A stretch of 41,062 nt of DNA from Micropepsaceae bacterium (lineage in GTDB: Bacteria; Pseudomonadota; Alphaproteobacteria; Micropepsales; Micropepsaceae), in the NCBI GenBank assembly GCA_035577685.1, contig DATLVC010000061.1, positions 1 to 41,062 on the forward strand. The letters are read 5' to 3'. The notes beneath the pieces are model-generated. The model saw nothing but the letters and a program-made list of their open reading frames with translations. It had not been told where the DNA came from and ran no database searches. The translations under genes and the position numbers were made by a program. Positions 8,750 to 16,539 of this stretch are shown in pieces. How positions within the stretch are numbered: the first letter of the stretch is position 1; each line of letters opens with the position of its first letter.

Positions 8750-8929
8750 TTACGCCCTGCTCCAGCGGCCCGTGTTGATGTTGAATTTCACCATCCCCTT
8801 GGCCCGCATCTGTATCAGATGCTCCTGCAGGGCATCGGTGTTCTTATTGGTTGGATCGACCCGCTGCTGAATCGCGTAGATCGCCCGCGGTTTGTCCAGC
8901 GCAGCCAACACGTCTTCGTCCTTTGTCAT
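8750..8929 (-). CDS. 59-aa hypothetical protein, possibly a small winged-helix-like DNA-binding protein (below the ORF-track cutoff)
   Basis: Hand translation: MTKDEDVLAALDKPRAIYAIQQRVDPTNKNTDALQEHLIQMRAKGMVKFNINTGRWSRA*. The ATG at 8929 is preceded by AAGGAAAT (SD-like) and the stop TAA is at 8750-8752. A terminator-like hairpin lies about 130 nt downstream. Confidence 0.5.
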   Translation of the reverse strand: MTKDEDVLAALDKPRAIYAIQQRVDPTNKNTDALQEHLIQMRAKGMVKFNINTGRWSRA

Positions 8930-9230
8930 ATTTCCTTTGCCTCATCACGATTGCGCAAGATGCAACCCATCGCCACTTGGATAACCGTTCCTTTGACGCA
9001 GTTTCCAGTCCACGTTCAGTGTCGCGGTCATTCATATCGCATGCAATCGCGGCGGGCGGCGATGATTCGGTCATGTTGCTTCGGGCTTCTGGTTCTGACG
9101 AGCGGACTTTGACGATCGGCCAAAGTCCGCCGCCCGGCCTACCGGCGTCGATGCCGCGGACCGCCGGCCCCATCGCGACAGGCGGCGACTTGTAGAACCC
9201 TTTGCCGCCCGCCGCTCCGCCGTTCAATCT

Positions 9231-9710
9231 TCAATAGAAGACGTTGTACTCCACTCGCAGGATTCGTCCTGTCACCGTGTCGACCAGCAATGCGTCGGGG
9301 CCGGATCTCACCCATTCATATCCCAGCGGCGGGCGGTCAAGGTCGTAAAGCCAGAAGCTGCCGATCCAAAAAGGCCGTGCCCAGTACGCCGGGGGAAGAA
9401 TGTCGCCATACACCCAACGGCGATAGCGCCAGCCCGGCGGCGGGCGGAATCGTTCGATCCGAAAGCGGCGTGGCGCGTCGAAATTGCGCTCAAAGGCGCG
9501 CTGTTCGAACTGAGGGGGGCCATGTTCCACCCGCCGTTCGTCGCCCCGGCCGCGGCCACGATCACGATCACGATTGTCGCGTCCCCTGTCGCCCCGCCGA
9601 TCATCGTCGCGCTGGGCTAACTGCCGGTACGAGAAGTCGCTGGGCGCCGCCAAGGCGGGCAAAGCTGTTATCACTGCGATCGCGAATACCGAACTGAGCA
9701 GCCGCTTCAT
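9231..9710 (-). CDS. RcnB-family exported protein with Arg/Asp-rich low-complexity segment
   Basis: A signal peptide MKRLLSSVFAIAVITALPALA is present. The C-terminal 'YGDILPPAYW...PPLGYEWVRSGPDALLVDTVTGRILRV' matches the RcnB (YohN)-type motif. The middle is an RD/RG repeat (RDDDRRGDRGRDNRDRDRGRGRGDERR). Confidence 0.75.
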   Translation of the reverse strand: MKRLLSSVFAIAVITALPALAAPSDFSYRQLAQRDDDRRGDRGRDNRDRDRGRGRGDERRVEHGPPQFEQRAFERNFDAPRRFRIERFRPPPGWRYRRWVYGDILPPAYWARPFWIGSFWLYDLDRPPLGYEWVRSGPDALLVDTVTGRILRVEYNVFY

Positions 9711-9746
9711 GTCGTTCTCCTTACGTTACTCCGGCCGCCAAGCGGA

Positions 9747-10121
9747 CTACTCCCTGACGGCCGTACTCGCACCCTCCTTCAGTTCGGGTGCCTTCGATGC
9801 TGGATTTTCGGAATGGCGGCAATTGCCGTCGAAGAAGGCGCCTTCTTCGATGGCAAGCCGGGCGTGGAGAAGATCGCCTTTGACGTGACAGGTCGAGCCG
9901 AGATGCACAGTCTTGGCGAAAACACCGCCTTCGATAACCCCGCGTGCCGTGACCTGATCGGCGTAGAGATTGCCAATGACTTTTCCGCCTTGGTTCACCG
10001 TCACATGTCCCTTGGCACGAATATCTCCCTTGATGTTGCCGTCAACGCTGAGATCGCCGGCAGATACCAGCGTTCCAATCACTTCGAGTTCAGGCCCGAT
10101 TATTGAAGGGCGATCCGCCAT
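9747..10121 (-). CDS. Bactofilin (polymer-forming cytoskeletal protein)
   Basis: 124 aa of repeating beta-helix pattern 'G.L...GDL.V.G.I.GDI......V...G.V.G.L.A..V...G.IEG', typical of the bactofilin/CcmA domain. Confidence 0.85.
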   Translation of the reverse strand: MADRPSIIGPELEVIGTLVSAGDLSVDGNIKGDIRAKGHVTVNQGGKVIGNLYADQVTARGVIEGGVFAKTVHLGSTCHVKGDLLHARLAIEEGAFFDGNCRHSENPASKAPELKEGASTAVRE

Positions 10122-10217
10122 GCATTGTCCTTCCGCCGTTGTTCCGAAACCTTAAGGTGCTTGCTGCTCCCGCCGGAGCAATTGTTGTGATCTTTGAGTG
10201 TCAAAATCGTCGGCTGT

Positions 10218-10790
10218 TCAGGCGCGGCGGCCTTCCTGCGCAGGAATCGCGCGCATGGCCTTGAACCACACCGCCAAATAGGCAAAGCCGGACATCCAGG
10301 CGAATATTGCAACGATATAGGCGTCGGCAGGGGCGGTGGCATCCGTCGGAAGATCGAAGGCGAGCGCCGCCAAATGCCAGCCGATATAAAGCACCTGCAG
10401 CGCCGTACAGACCTTGCCGAGGACAAGCGGCTGCACAGCGATGGGGGCCCGCAAGGCAACGGCAGAGGCAAGCCCCAGCAGGATCAGGGAATCCCGCGCA
10501 ATCACCGTGACGGTCAGCCATGCCGGAACATCGTCGAGAATGGCCAGCGTGACGAACGCCGTGAGCATCAACGCCTTGTCGGCAGCCGGATCGAGCAACT
10601 GCCCAAGGCGGGTCCTGAGATTGAAGCGCTTGGCGAGGAAACCATCCACAGCGTCGGACAGCCCGGCGAATGCAAACAAGCCGAACGCGGCGTTGAAATG
10701 GCCCGCCGCCAACAGCGCCGCGGTCATCGGCGCCGCCGCGAGCCGTAGCGTCGTAATCAGGTTGGGCAAATGTCGGAGAATCAGCATCAT
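10218..10790 (-). CDS. CDP-alcohol phosphatidyltransferase family protein (PgsA-like)
   Basis: The D-G-x2-A-R-x8-G-x3-D-x3-D motif is visible as 'SDAVDGFLAKRFNLRTRLGQLLDPAADK'. The protein is polytopic and its start overlaps the stop of the upstream gene by 4 nt. Confidence 0.85.
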   Translation of the reverse strand: MMLILRHLPNLITTLRLAAAPMTAALLAAGHFNAAFGLFAFAGLSDAVDGFLAKRFNLRTRLGQLLDPAADKALMLTAFVTLAILDDVPAWLTVTVIARDSLILLGLASAVALRAPIAVQPLVLGKVCTALQVLYIGWHLAALAFDLPTDATAPADAYIVAIFAWMSGFAYLAVWFKAMRAIPAQEGRRA

Positions 10791-11848
10791 TGCCCGTTGG
10801 CGGCGGACTTGCCCGCGAGTTGAATGCTGAACTGGCCGCCGACATTGGCGAGCGAGAGATTCTGTTGCGCCAACGCGTCGCGCAATTGCTCCGGCCGGCC
10901 GAAATAGGTGAGCTGGATTTCCGCCTCATGGAGCGCCAGCCCCGTGACATCCATATCGGCCACGGCCTTCACAGCACCGAGCTGCGTCCTGATTTTCGCC
11001 CAATCGTCGAGTGAATCGAATTGGACATCGACGGTGAGTTTGGCCCGGGTCCCGAAATTCACCGCGCTCCGGGTCTTCCAGGTCTCATAGGCCCTCTCGG
11101 CCACCGCTTCGGCAATGGCGGCAAAGCTGGAATTGGCATAGGCGAAAGAAGCCGCCACGCGCGAGGTGGGCGAAATCTCCACCATCTGAACGGTCTTGGC
11201 GTCCTCGCTCGCGACGGCGATGATGGCTTCGCTGGCGTTGTACTTGCGAGCCAGCGGCGCCAGGGTCGCCCAATCGGCTTGCACCAGATCTGGCCGCGAG
11301 AGGATTTGCATATCCTCGTCGTCGCCCGCGGACAGAACGAACGGCACCAGGCCTTGCTGCAAAACGGGGTCCTTCCAAGCCATCGCCCACGGACTCGTCA
11401 GATCGACGCCCATGCCCCCGGCCACAACCGGAATAACAAGCGCCCGGCGCGCGCGCGTTTCGGTATAGGCGATCCCGGATTGCCGCAACAGCCCCCGAAC
11501 CGCCGCCGGGTTGAAATGGTAGGTGACCTCCGCGAGGTAGCGCGTGCTGCTGCGCCGTTCGTTCGCGACCTCAAAGCTTCGCATCATTCTGAGGAGGGCA
11601 TTTTCGTCGAGCTGTGGCTGCTTGCTCCAATTGGCGGTCGCGGTCAGACGCCGATAAAGCCTGGTCCAGGCAAGCGGACGCCCCTGACTCATGGCCAGAT
11701 CGCGGGCGGCCGTGGCCGATTCGGCGGTCTGGTCCACTTTGATCCCCGTGACCGTGAAGATGTCCGGTGCGGGCGCAGGTGCGCCGTGCACGGCGCCGGC
11801 TGCAAGAGCAAGGCCTGCCACGAAAGCGATAAGGGTAAGGCGAAGCAT
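10787..11848 (-). CDS. Exported protein, DUF2066-like (conserved neighbour of purMN/hda)
   Basis: A signal peptide MLRLTLIAFVAGLALAAGAVHGAP is present and the protein is 353 aa. The family call rests on position (between purM and the hda/phosphatidyltransferase genes) and general resemblance from memory; it has not been verified. Confidence 0.55.
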   Translation of the reverse strand: MLRLTLIAFVAGLALAAGAVHGAPAPAPDIFTVTGIKVDQTAESATAARDLAMSQGRPLAWTRLYRRLTATANWSKQPQLDENALLRMMRSFEVANERRSSTRYLAEVTYHFNPAAVRGLLRQSGIAYTETRARRALVIPVVAGGMGVDLTSPWAMAWKDPVLQQGLVPFVLSAGDDEDMQILSRPDLVQADWATLAPLARKYNASEAIIAVASEDAKTVQMVEISPTSRVAASFAYANSSFAAIAEAVAERAYETWKTRSAVNFGTRAKLTVDVQFDSLDDWAKIRTQLGAVKAVADMDVTGLALHEAEIQLTYFGRPEQLRDALAQQNLSLANVGGQFSIQLAGKSAANGQ

Positions 11849-11966
11849 GGGGTCCTCTGTCGCCTGACTATAGGGATAGGTTTGGACAGAAAAAAGACAC
11901 AGCCCAAAGGAAACGCCCGATCGGACCGGCCGTCTCCGGGAGGAATCGATTTATTCGGGTGCCCTG

Positions 11967-13184
11967 TCAGGCCCGAATCAGACCCTTCGGAGCCGCGGCG
12001 GCAGCGCTGTCGGGGAATACCGTCGCTTCGAGCACCCGTCCCGGCACGCCCAGATGATCGGCAAGCGCGGCCTTGAAGAGAGCGCGGGTGTCGGTCTGGG
12101 CCGGCAGATCCCGCCCGTCCTTGAGTGCGGAAACGCTCAATCCTCGCCATTCGGCATGGATATTGCCGCCCGCGACCGCTCCGCCGAACAGGAAAGCGAT
12201 GCCGGCAGTGCCGTGATCCGTGCCGCCTGTGCCGTTCACCCGAACGGTGCGGCCGAATTCGCTCGCCGCTACGATGACGGTCTTCTTCCAGGCCGGGCCA
12301 AGGGAGGTCTTGAGGGCCAGGAGGCCCTCATCGAGCAGTTGCAGCCGGCGCGCCAATTGCCCCTCCCCCGCTCCCTGGTTGAAATGGGTATCCCAGCCGC
12401 TGATATCGAAGACGCCGACTCGAGGCCCGTTTTCGGCCGCCAGAATCTTTCCGGCGCCTTCCATCAGTGGCGCGATATCGCCCGCCGCTGCACCGCGGTT
12501 CGGTTTTTGCGGAACGGGCGCCATGTCGTGCATCCCCGTGTCGGTCGCGGCGCGAGTCAGAAGGGCGTTTTTCAACCCCGCCGAAAGAACCGGGTCCTTC
12601 GCATAGAGCGCCGTCACGCGGGCGAGGAATTCCTCATCGGCGGCAGGCATGCGCGAGGGCATCCAGCTTGTCACCCGCGCCTTGCCGTCCAGCAGCAGCG
12701 GCGGCGAGGACGAGACCGCAAGCGCGCCATTGCCGCTATCGAGTGCGAGCGGCGCCAGTACCCGGTTGAGCCAGCCTTCATTCAGCAGATGCGGTTTGGT
12801 GCCGCCGGTCTCCAGCACGTTCTGGGCGTCGAAATGCGAGCGGTCGCGGTAAGGCGTCGATACATTGTGGAAGATCGCGAGTTCCTTCTCGCGCCACATC
12901 TCCGAAAGATTGTGCAGCGAAGGATGCAAGCCGAAAAAGCCGTCGAGATCGATAGGCGCGCCGGTGCCGGTTTGCGGCAGAGCGAGCGCGCCGCGCAAGC
13001 TCGCATAATCCGGATCGCCATGCGCCGGCACGGCCGCGAGGCCATCGAGCCCGCCGCGCAGGATCACCACGATGAAACGCCGGTCGTCGGGCAGCCTCGC
13101 GAAAGCAAGCCGGGCATTGGTTCCTGCAAGCGCCAGTGTGGCGCCGGCGATTCCGCACTTGAAGAATGTGCGCCGCGTCAGCAT
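11967..13184 (-). CDS. DUF1501 domain protein (Tat-exported, sulfatase/alkaline-phosphatase-like superfamily)
   Basis: A Tat signal 'MLTRRTFFKCGIAGATLALAG' is present. Motifs 'LRGG.DGL', 'GWDTH' and 'SEFGRT...NG.GGTDHG' are typical of DUF1501. It lies 2 nt downstream of the DUF1800 gene. Confidence 0.8.
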   Translation of the reverse strand: MLTRRTFFKCGIAGATLALAGTNARLAFARLPDDRRFIVVILRGGLDGLAAVPAHGDPDYASLRGALALPQTGTGAPIDLDGFFGLHPSLHNLSEMWREKELAIFHNVSTPYRDRSHFDAQNVLETGGTKPHLLNEGWLNRVLAPLALDSGNGALAVSSSPPLLLDGKARVTSWMPSRMPAADEEFLARVTALYAKDPVLSAGLKNALLTRAATDTGMHDMAPVPQKPNRGAAAGDIAPLMEGAGKILAAENGPRVGVFDISGWDTHFNQGAGEGQLARRLQLLDEGLLALKTSLGPAWKKTVIVAASEFGRTVRVNGTGGTDHGTAGIAFLFGGAVAGGNIHAEWRGLSVSALKDGRDLPAQTDTRALFKAALADHLGVPGRVLEATVFPDSAAAAAPKGLIRA

Positions 13185-13186
13185 GG

Positions 13187-14572
13187 CTACCTCCGCTGGA
13201 ATTCTGGGCTGGCGAAAAGGATGGCGAGGCCTTGGGCCGGACTCGCGGCACGCGTAATCGCGGTGCGTGTTTCCGCGCCGAGCTGCGGCCCAAGCGCCTC
13301 ATCGGCGAGTCTCACCGGATCGGATTGCCCGCCCAATTTCTGCGCGGCGGCATTGGCCCATTCGACGCGCTGGAGAATAGCGTCGGAGCCGGTCCAGGAA
13401 TCCGCATCGTCCGGCCAGCCTTTCGGAGATGAGGCCGCGAACGGCGCCTCACCCATGGCGCGCGCCGATTGGATGAAGGGAGCGACGCTGTTTTCATCCA
13501 GCATGCCAATGCGATCCCCGCCCGCGACGCGCACTGCGGCGGTCACATATTCGATGGGCGTACGGAATTTCGCGGGTTCGGGCCGCCACGCAGCGGGATC
13601 GGCGATGATGACTTCATAGACCTTGGCCAAATTGCCGCCGGAGTCGCGGAACGCCGTTTCGATTCGCTTGACGGAATCCTGGGGCGGATCGTCAGCGATG
13701 AAGTGGATGGCGAGCTTGTTGGCGATATGCCGCGCCGTGGCGGGATGATTGGCCAGATCGGTCAACGCAGCCACGCCGCTCTCAAAACCTTGCGCATAGG
13801 AGCGGCCGAGCAGGGTCTTTGGCCCCGGCTCATGGCGCGGCGGATAGAAGCGAAAACCGCCATCGGACGTTCCGCCCATCGCCGCATTCATCAGCTGCGC
13901 AGCCGGACCCGGCCCGCGGTCGATGCTCCAGCCCGTGAGTATCTTGGCGAGCGCAATGACATCGTCCTGGGTGTAGCCGCCATCGACACCCAACGTATGC
14001 AGCTCCAGAATTTCGCGGCCCAGATTTTCGTTCAGTCCTTTGCGGGTGCGCATACCGGCGACAGAATCCGGACCGATGGATTGGGCATTGTCGAGATAGA
14101 GCTGCATGGCCGGATGGCGTTCGACGGCCAGCACCATATCGGCGAAACGGCCCGTCACATGGGGCCGAATGGCCTCGCGCTCGAAGGCGCCTACGAACAG
14201 GGCTGCCTGCGGCTTCTGGATCGAAACCACGAAATGATTGCTCCAGAAACGCACCAGCCTCTCGCGCAAAGGCTGGGCCGTTTCGAAGCCAACCCGGAAA
14301 CGGGCCGCCATCTCACGCAGATAGGTCTGGCGCCCCTGGGCCAGGAAGGCTTTGACCGCCTCGCGATCCTTGGCTTGAAGAGCGGCGCGGCGCTCGACGA
14401 GGGTGGCGACGAGTTCGCTGGTCGCGGGCAGACCGCTGAATCGATCACCCGAATCGTCATGCTGAAGCTGGCTGAGCAGCCAGGCCTTCGGATCGTTACT
14501 CGCGTCTTCGATTTCACCCGGCTTGGCGCCAAGGCCAAACCGGTTCGCCGCTAGGGCGCCTTCGAGCGACAT
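13187..14572 (-). CDS. DUF1800 domain protein
   Basis: Motifs 'RERLVRFWSNHFVVS', 'NENLGREILELHTLGVDGGYTQDDV' and 'RFYPPRHEPGPKTLLG' are typical of DUF1800, the usual partner of DUF1501. The start is taken at ATG 14572; the open frame extends to GTG 14617. Confidence 0.75.
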   Translation of the reverse strand: MSLEGALAANRFGLGAKPGEIEDASNDPKAWLLSQLQHDDSGDRFSGLPATSELVATLVERRAALQAKDREAVKAFLAQGRQTYLREMAARFRVGFETAQPLRERLVRFWSNHFVVSIQKPQAALFVGAFEREAIRPHVTGRFADMVLAVERHPAMQLYLDNAQSIGPDSVAGMRTRKGLNENLGREILELHTLGVDGGYTQDDVIALAKILTGWSIDRGPGPAAQLMNAAMGGTSDGGFRFYPPRHEPGPKTLLGRSYAQGFESGVAALTDLANHPATARHIANKLAIHFIADDPPQDSVKRIETAFRDSGGNLAKVYEVIIADPAAWRPEPAKFRTPIEYVTAAVRVAGGDRIGMLDENSVAPFIQSARAMGEAPFAASSPKGWPDDADSWTGSDAILQRVEWANAAAQKLGGQSDPVRLADEALGPQLGAETRTAITRAASPAQGLAILFASPEFQRR

Positions 14573-14674
14573 TTTCCCACCCGCGCGAATGCGCCCCTCC
14601 CATTGCGCTTCTAGCACATCGTCGGGTGATTGGCGGTAACGTTCTGATTTGACTGCTTAAATTTTTGTTAATTG

Positions 14675-14689
14675 TGGCACCAGGTTAGC
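14675..14689 (+). promoter_or_regulatory. Candidate sigma-54 (-24/-12) promoter upstream of the Spy/CpxP-like gene
   Basis: TGGCAC-caggt-TAGC compares with consensus TGGCAC-N5-TTGC, with correct GG/GC spacing and one mismatch. It lies 74-88 nt upstream of ATG 14763 inside the most AT-rich stretch of the window. This is a pattern match only. Confidence 0.25.
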
Positions 14690-14701
14690 GCCATTAAATT
14701 T

Positions 14702-14725
14702 GGAACCGGAGGGGTTCTTGGCGTT
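14702..14725 (+). promoter_or_regulatory. Weak ECF/EcfG-type promoter-like motif
   Basis: GGAAC (14702-14706) and CGTT (14722-14725) are present, but the spacer is 15 nt rather than the 16-17 nt recalled for the alphaproteobacterial EcfG consensus. Confidence 0.12.
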
Positions 14726-14762
14726 CACGAAAAAACGCCAACTACCCAAGGAGCGTACCATC

Positions 14763-15368
14763 ATGAATCGCATGACCTCCTGGCGCACAACTGTTGCGCT
14801 GGGAATTGCTGTGGCTCTCACGATGGCTGTCGGAATCCAGGTGAGTTCCGCACAGACCGGGCCGAGGCCTCTGCCCAACCTTCAAAACCAGCAGCAAGAC
14901 CCACAACCACAATATGACCGCCGTACCACCCCCGAATATGGCGGCCAGTCGGATTTCCGCAACGGGCGGGACTTCGGCAACCCGGGACAGCGGCTGGAAC
15001 GGCGGTTGAACTATCTGCATACGCAGCTGCGCATCACCCCGGCCCAGGAGCGGGCCTGGATGAATTTCACCGCCGTGCTGCGTGACGAAGCGAGCGACCG
15101 GGATCAAGACCGCGGACGCGATTTCGACGACCGGCGCGGCCCTGCCAGCGTGCTCGATCGGCTCGAGGAGCGTCAGCACAAAATGGCGGATCGCACCGCC
15201 GACCTCGACCGGGTGATTGGGGCTTTGCGGCCGCTTTATGCCTCGTTCAGCGAGGATCAGAAGCGAACGGCGGACCGGCTGCTGTTCATGGCCGGAAGGG
15301 ACCGCGGCAAGATGCGCGGCCCAAGGGGCCGTTTCGACGACCGTCAGGATCGCGATTATCGCTATTAA
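14763..15368 (+). CDS. Spy/CpxP/ZraP-family periplasmic protein (LTXXQ motifs)
   Basis: The start is taken at ATG 14763, with AAGGAG 9 nt upstream. A signal peptide MNRMTSWRTTVALGIAVALTMAVGIQVSSAQT is present. Two LTXXQ-like motifs occur (LRITPAQERAW, FSEDQKRTADRL), and the charged R/D-rich helices are typical of the family. Confidence 0.7.
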   Translation: MNRMTSWRTTVALGIAVALTMAVGIQVSSAQTGPRPLPNLQNQQQDPQPQYDRRTTPEYGGQSDFRNGRDFGNPGQRLERRLNYLHTQLRITPAQERAWMNFTAVLRDEASDRDQDRGRDFDDRRGPASVLDRLEERQHKMADRTADLDRVIGALRPLYASFSEDQKRTADRLLFMAGRDRGKMRGPRGRFDDRQDRDYRY

Positions 15369-15381
15369 TTGTTGAGAGATT

Positions 15382-15406
15382 GGGCCGCCGTTTCATGCGG
15401 CGGCCC
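15382..15406 (+). terminator. Terminator-like hairpin after the Spy-like gene
   Basis: GGGCCGCCG (15382-15390) / TTTCATG / CGGCGGCCC (15398-15406) lies 14 nt after the stop. The downstream T-tract is poor (ATCGCTCTT). Confidence 0.4.
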
Positions 15407-15471
15407 ATCGCTCTTGCGCACATTCGTGGCGCTTACTACAGCATGGCCGGCATCCCGATTGTCAGGGACTT

Positions 15472-16539
15472 ATGACCGCTGGCCGCGACCCGCTCACCTA
15501 CAAGGATTCAGGCGTCGATATCGATGCCGGCGATGCATTGGTGGATCGCATCGCCCCGGCAGCAAAAGCCACGGCGCGGCGCGGCACGGATGCGGCCCTC
15601 GGCGGCTTCGGCGGGCTGTTCGATCTGAAAGCGGCGGGGTTCAAGGACCCGCTGCTGGTCGCCTCCACAGATGGCGTCGGGACCAAGCTCAAGCTCGCCA
15701 TCGACGCGAAACGCTTCGACACGATCGGCCAGGATCTGGTCGCGATGTGCGTCAACGACATCGTGGTGCAGGGCGCCGAGCCGCTTTTCTTCCTCGACTA
15801 TTATGCGAGCAGCCGGCTCGATGTGGATGAAGCCGCGATCGTGATCGGCGGCATCGCGCGGGCCTGCAAGGAATCGGGTTGCGCCCTGATCGGCGGCGAG
15901 ACGGCCGAAATGCCGGGGCTTTACGCCAAGGGCGATTTCGATCTCGCCGGATTCGCGGTCGGCGCGGTCGAGCGCGGCGCGGTTTTGCCCAAGCTGAAGA
16001 CGATGCGCGAAGGCGACGTGCTGATCGGGGTCGCATCGTCGGGCGTGCATTCGAACGGCTATTCGCTGGTCCGCAAAATCGTCGAGCGGACAGGGCTCAA
16101 TCTGGATGCGCCGGCGCCCTTCGCGGACGGAATAAGTTTGGGCGAGGCATTGCTGATTCCCACGCGGCTTTACGTGAAGAGCGCGCTGGCAGCGATTGCG
16201 CGAGGCGGCGTGAAGGGGCTCGCGCATATCACAGGCAGCGGTATTACCGGCAATCTGCCGCGTGTGCTGCCGGCCGGGCTCGATGCCGAATTGGATTTGA
16301 CCGCCTGGACGATGCCGCCCGTTTTCGGCTGGCTGGCGCGCGAAGCAGGTTTGCCGGGCAACGAAATGCTGGGCACCTTCAATTGCGGTCTGGGCCTGAT
16401 CGTGGTCGCGGAAAAGGGAAGCGCTGCGGGCGTGATAGCCGCATTTGAGGCTGCCGGCGAGCGCGCGTTTCGTGTTGGCGCACTCGTTCCCGCGAGCGGC
16501 GCCCAGCCTGAAGTCCGCTACCGCGGAAGCCTGCTCTGA
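15472..16539 (+). CDS. purM: Phosphoribosylformylglycinamidine cyclo-ligase (AIR synthetase)
   Basis: The N-terminus 'LTYKDSGVDIDAGDALV' and motifs 'LVASTDGVGTKLK', 'DLVAMCVNDI' and 'GGETAEMPG' are canonical PurM. Confidence 0.97.
   Translation: MTAGRDPLTYKDSGVDIDAGDALVDRIAPAAKATARRGTDAALGGFGGLFDLKAAGFKDPLLVASTDGVGTKLKLAIDAKRFDTIGQDLVAMCVNDIVVQGAEPLFFLDYYASSRLDVDEAAIVIGGIARACKESGCALIGGETAEMPGLYAKGDFDLAGFAVGAVERGAVLPKLKTMREGDVLIGVASSGVHSNGYSLVRKIVERTGLNLDAPAPFADGISLGEALLIPTRLYVKSALAAIARGGVKGLAHITGSGITGNLPRVLPAGLDAELDLTAWTMPPVFGWLAREAGLPGNEMLGTFNCGLGLIVVAEKGSAAGVIAAFEAAGERAFRVGALVPASGAQPEVRYRGSLL

Noticed and set aside
8630-9227. ORFs 8630..9112 (+, 160 aa) and 8844..9227 (-, 127 aa)
   Set aside because: They overlap each other, lack SD sequences and have no family resemblance. 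The + ORF runs antisense through the better-supported 59-aa ORF. I treat the region as mostly non-coding.
11021-14554. Long plus-strand ORFs (11021..12076, 12054..13619, 13469..14554) opposite the DUF2066-like, DUF1501 and DUF1800 genes
   Set aside because: They are Arg/Gly-rich shadow frames with no SD and no recognisable motifs, whereas the minus-strand frames carry signal peptides and family motifs.
15369-15830. 153-aa ORF starting right after the Spy-like gene and running into purM
   Set aside because: It is out of frame with a canonical purM, is Arg-rich, and spans the terminator-like hairpin.
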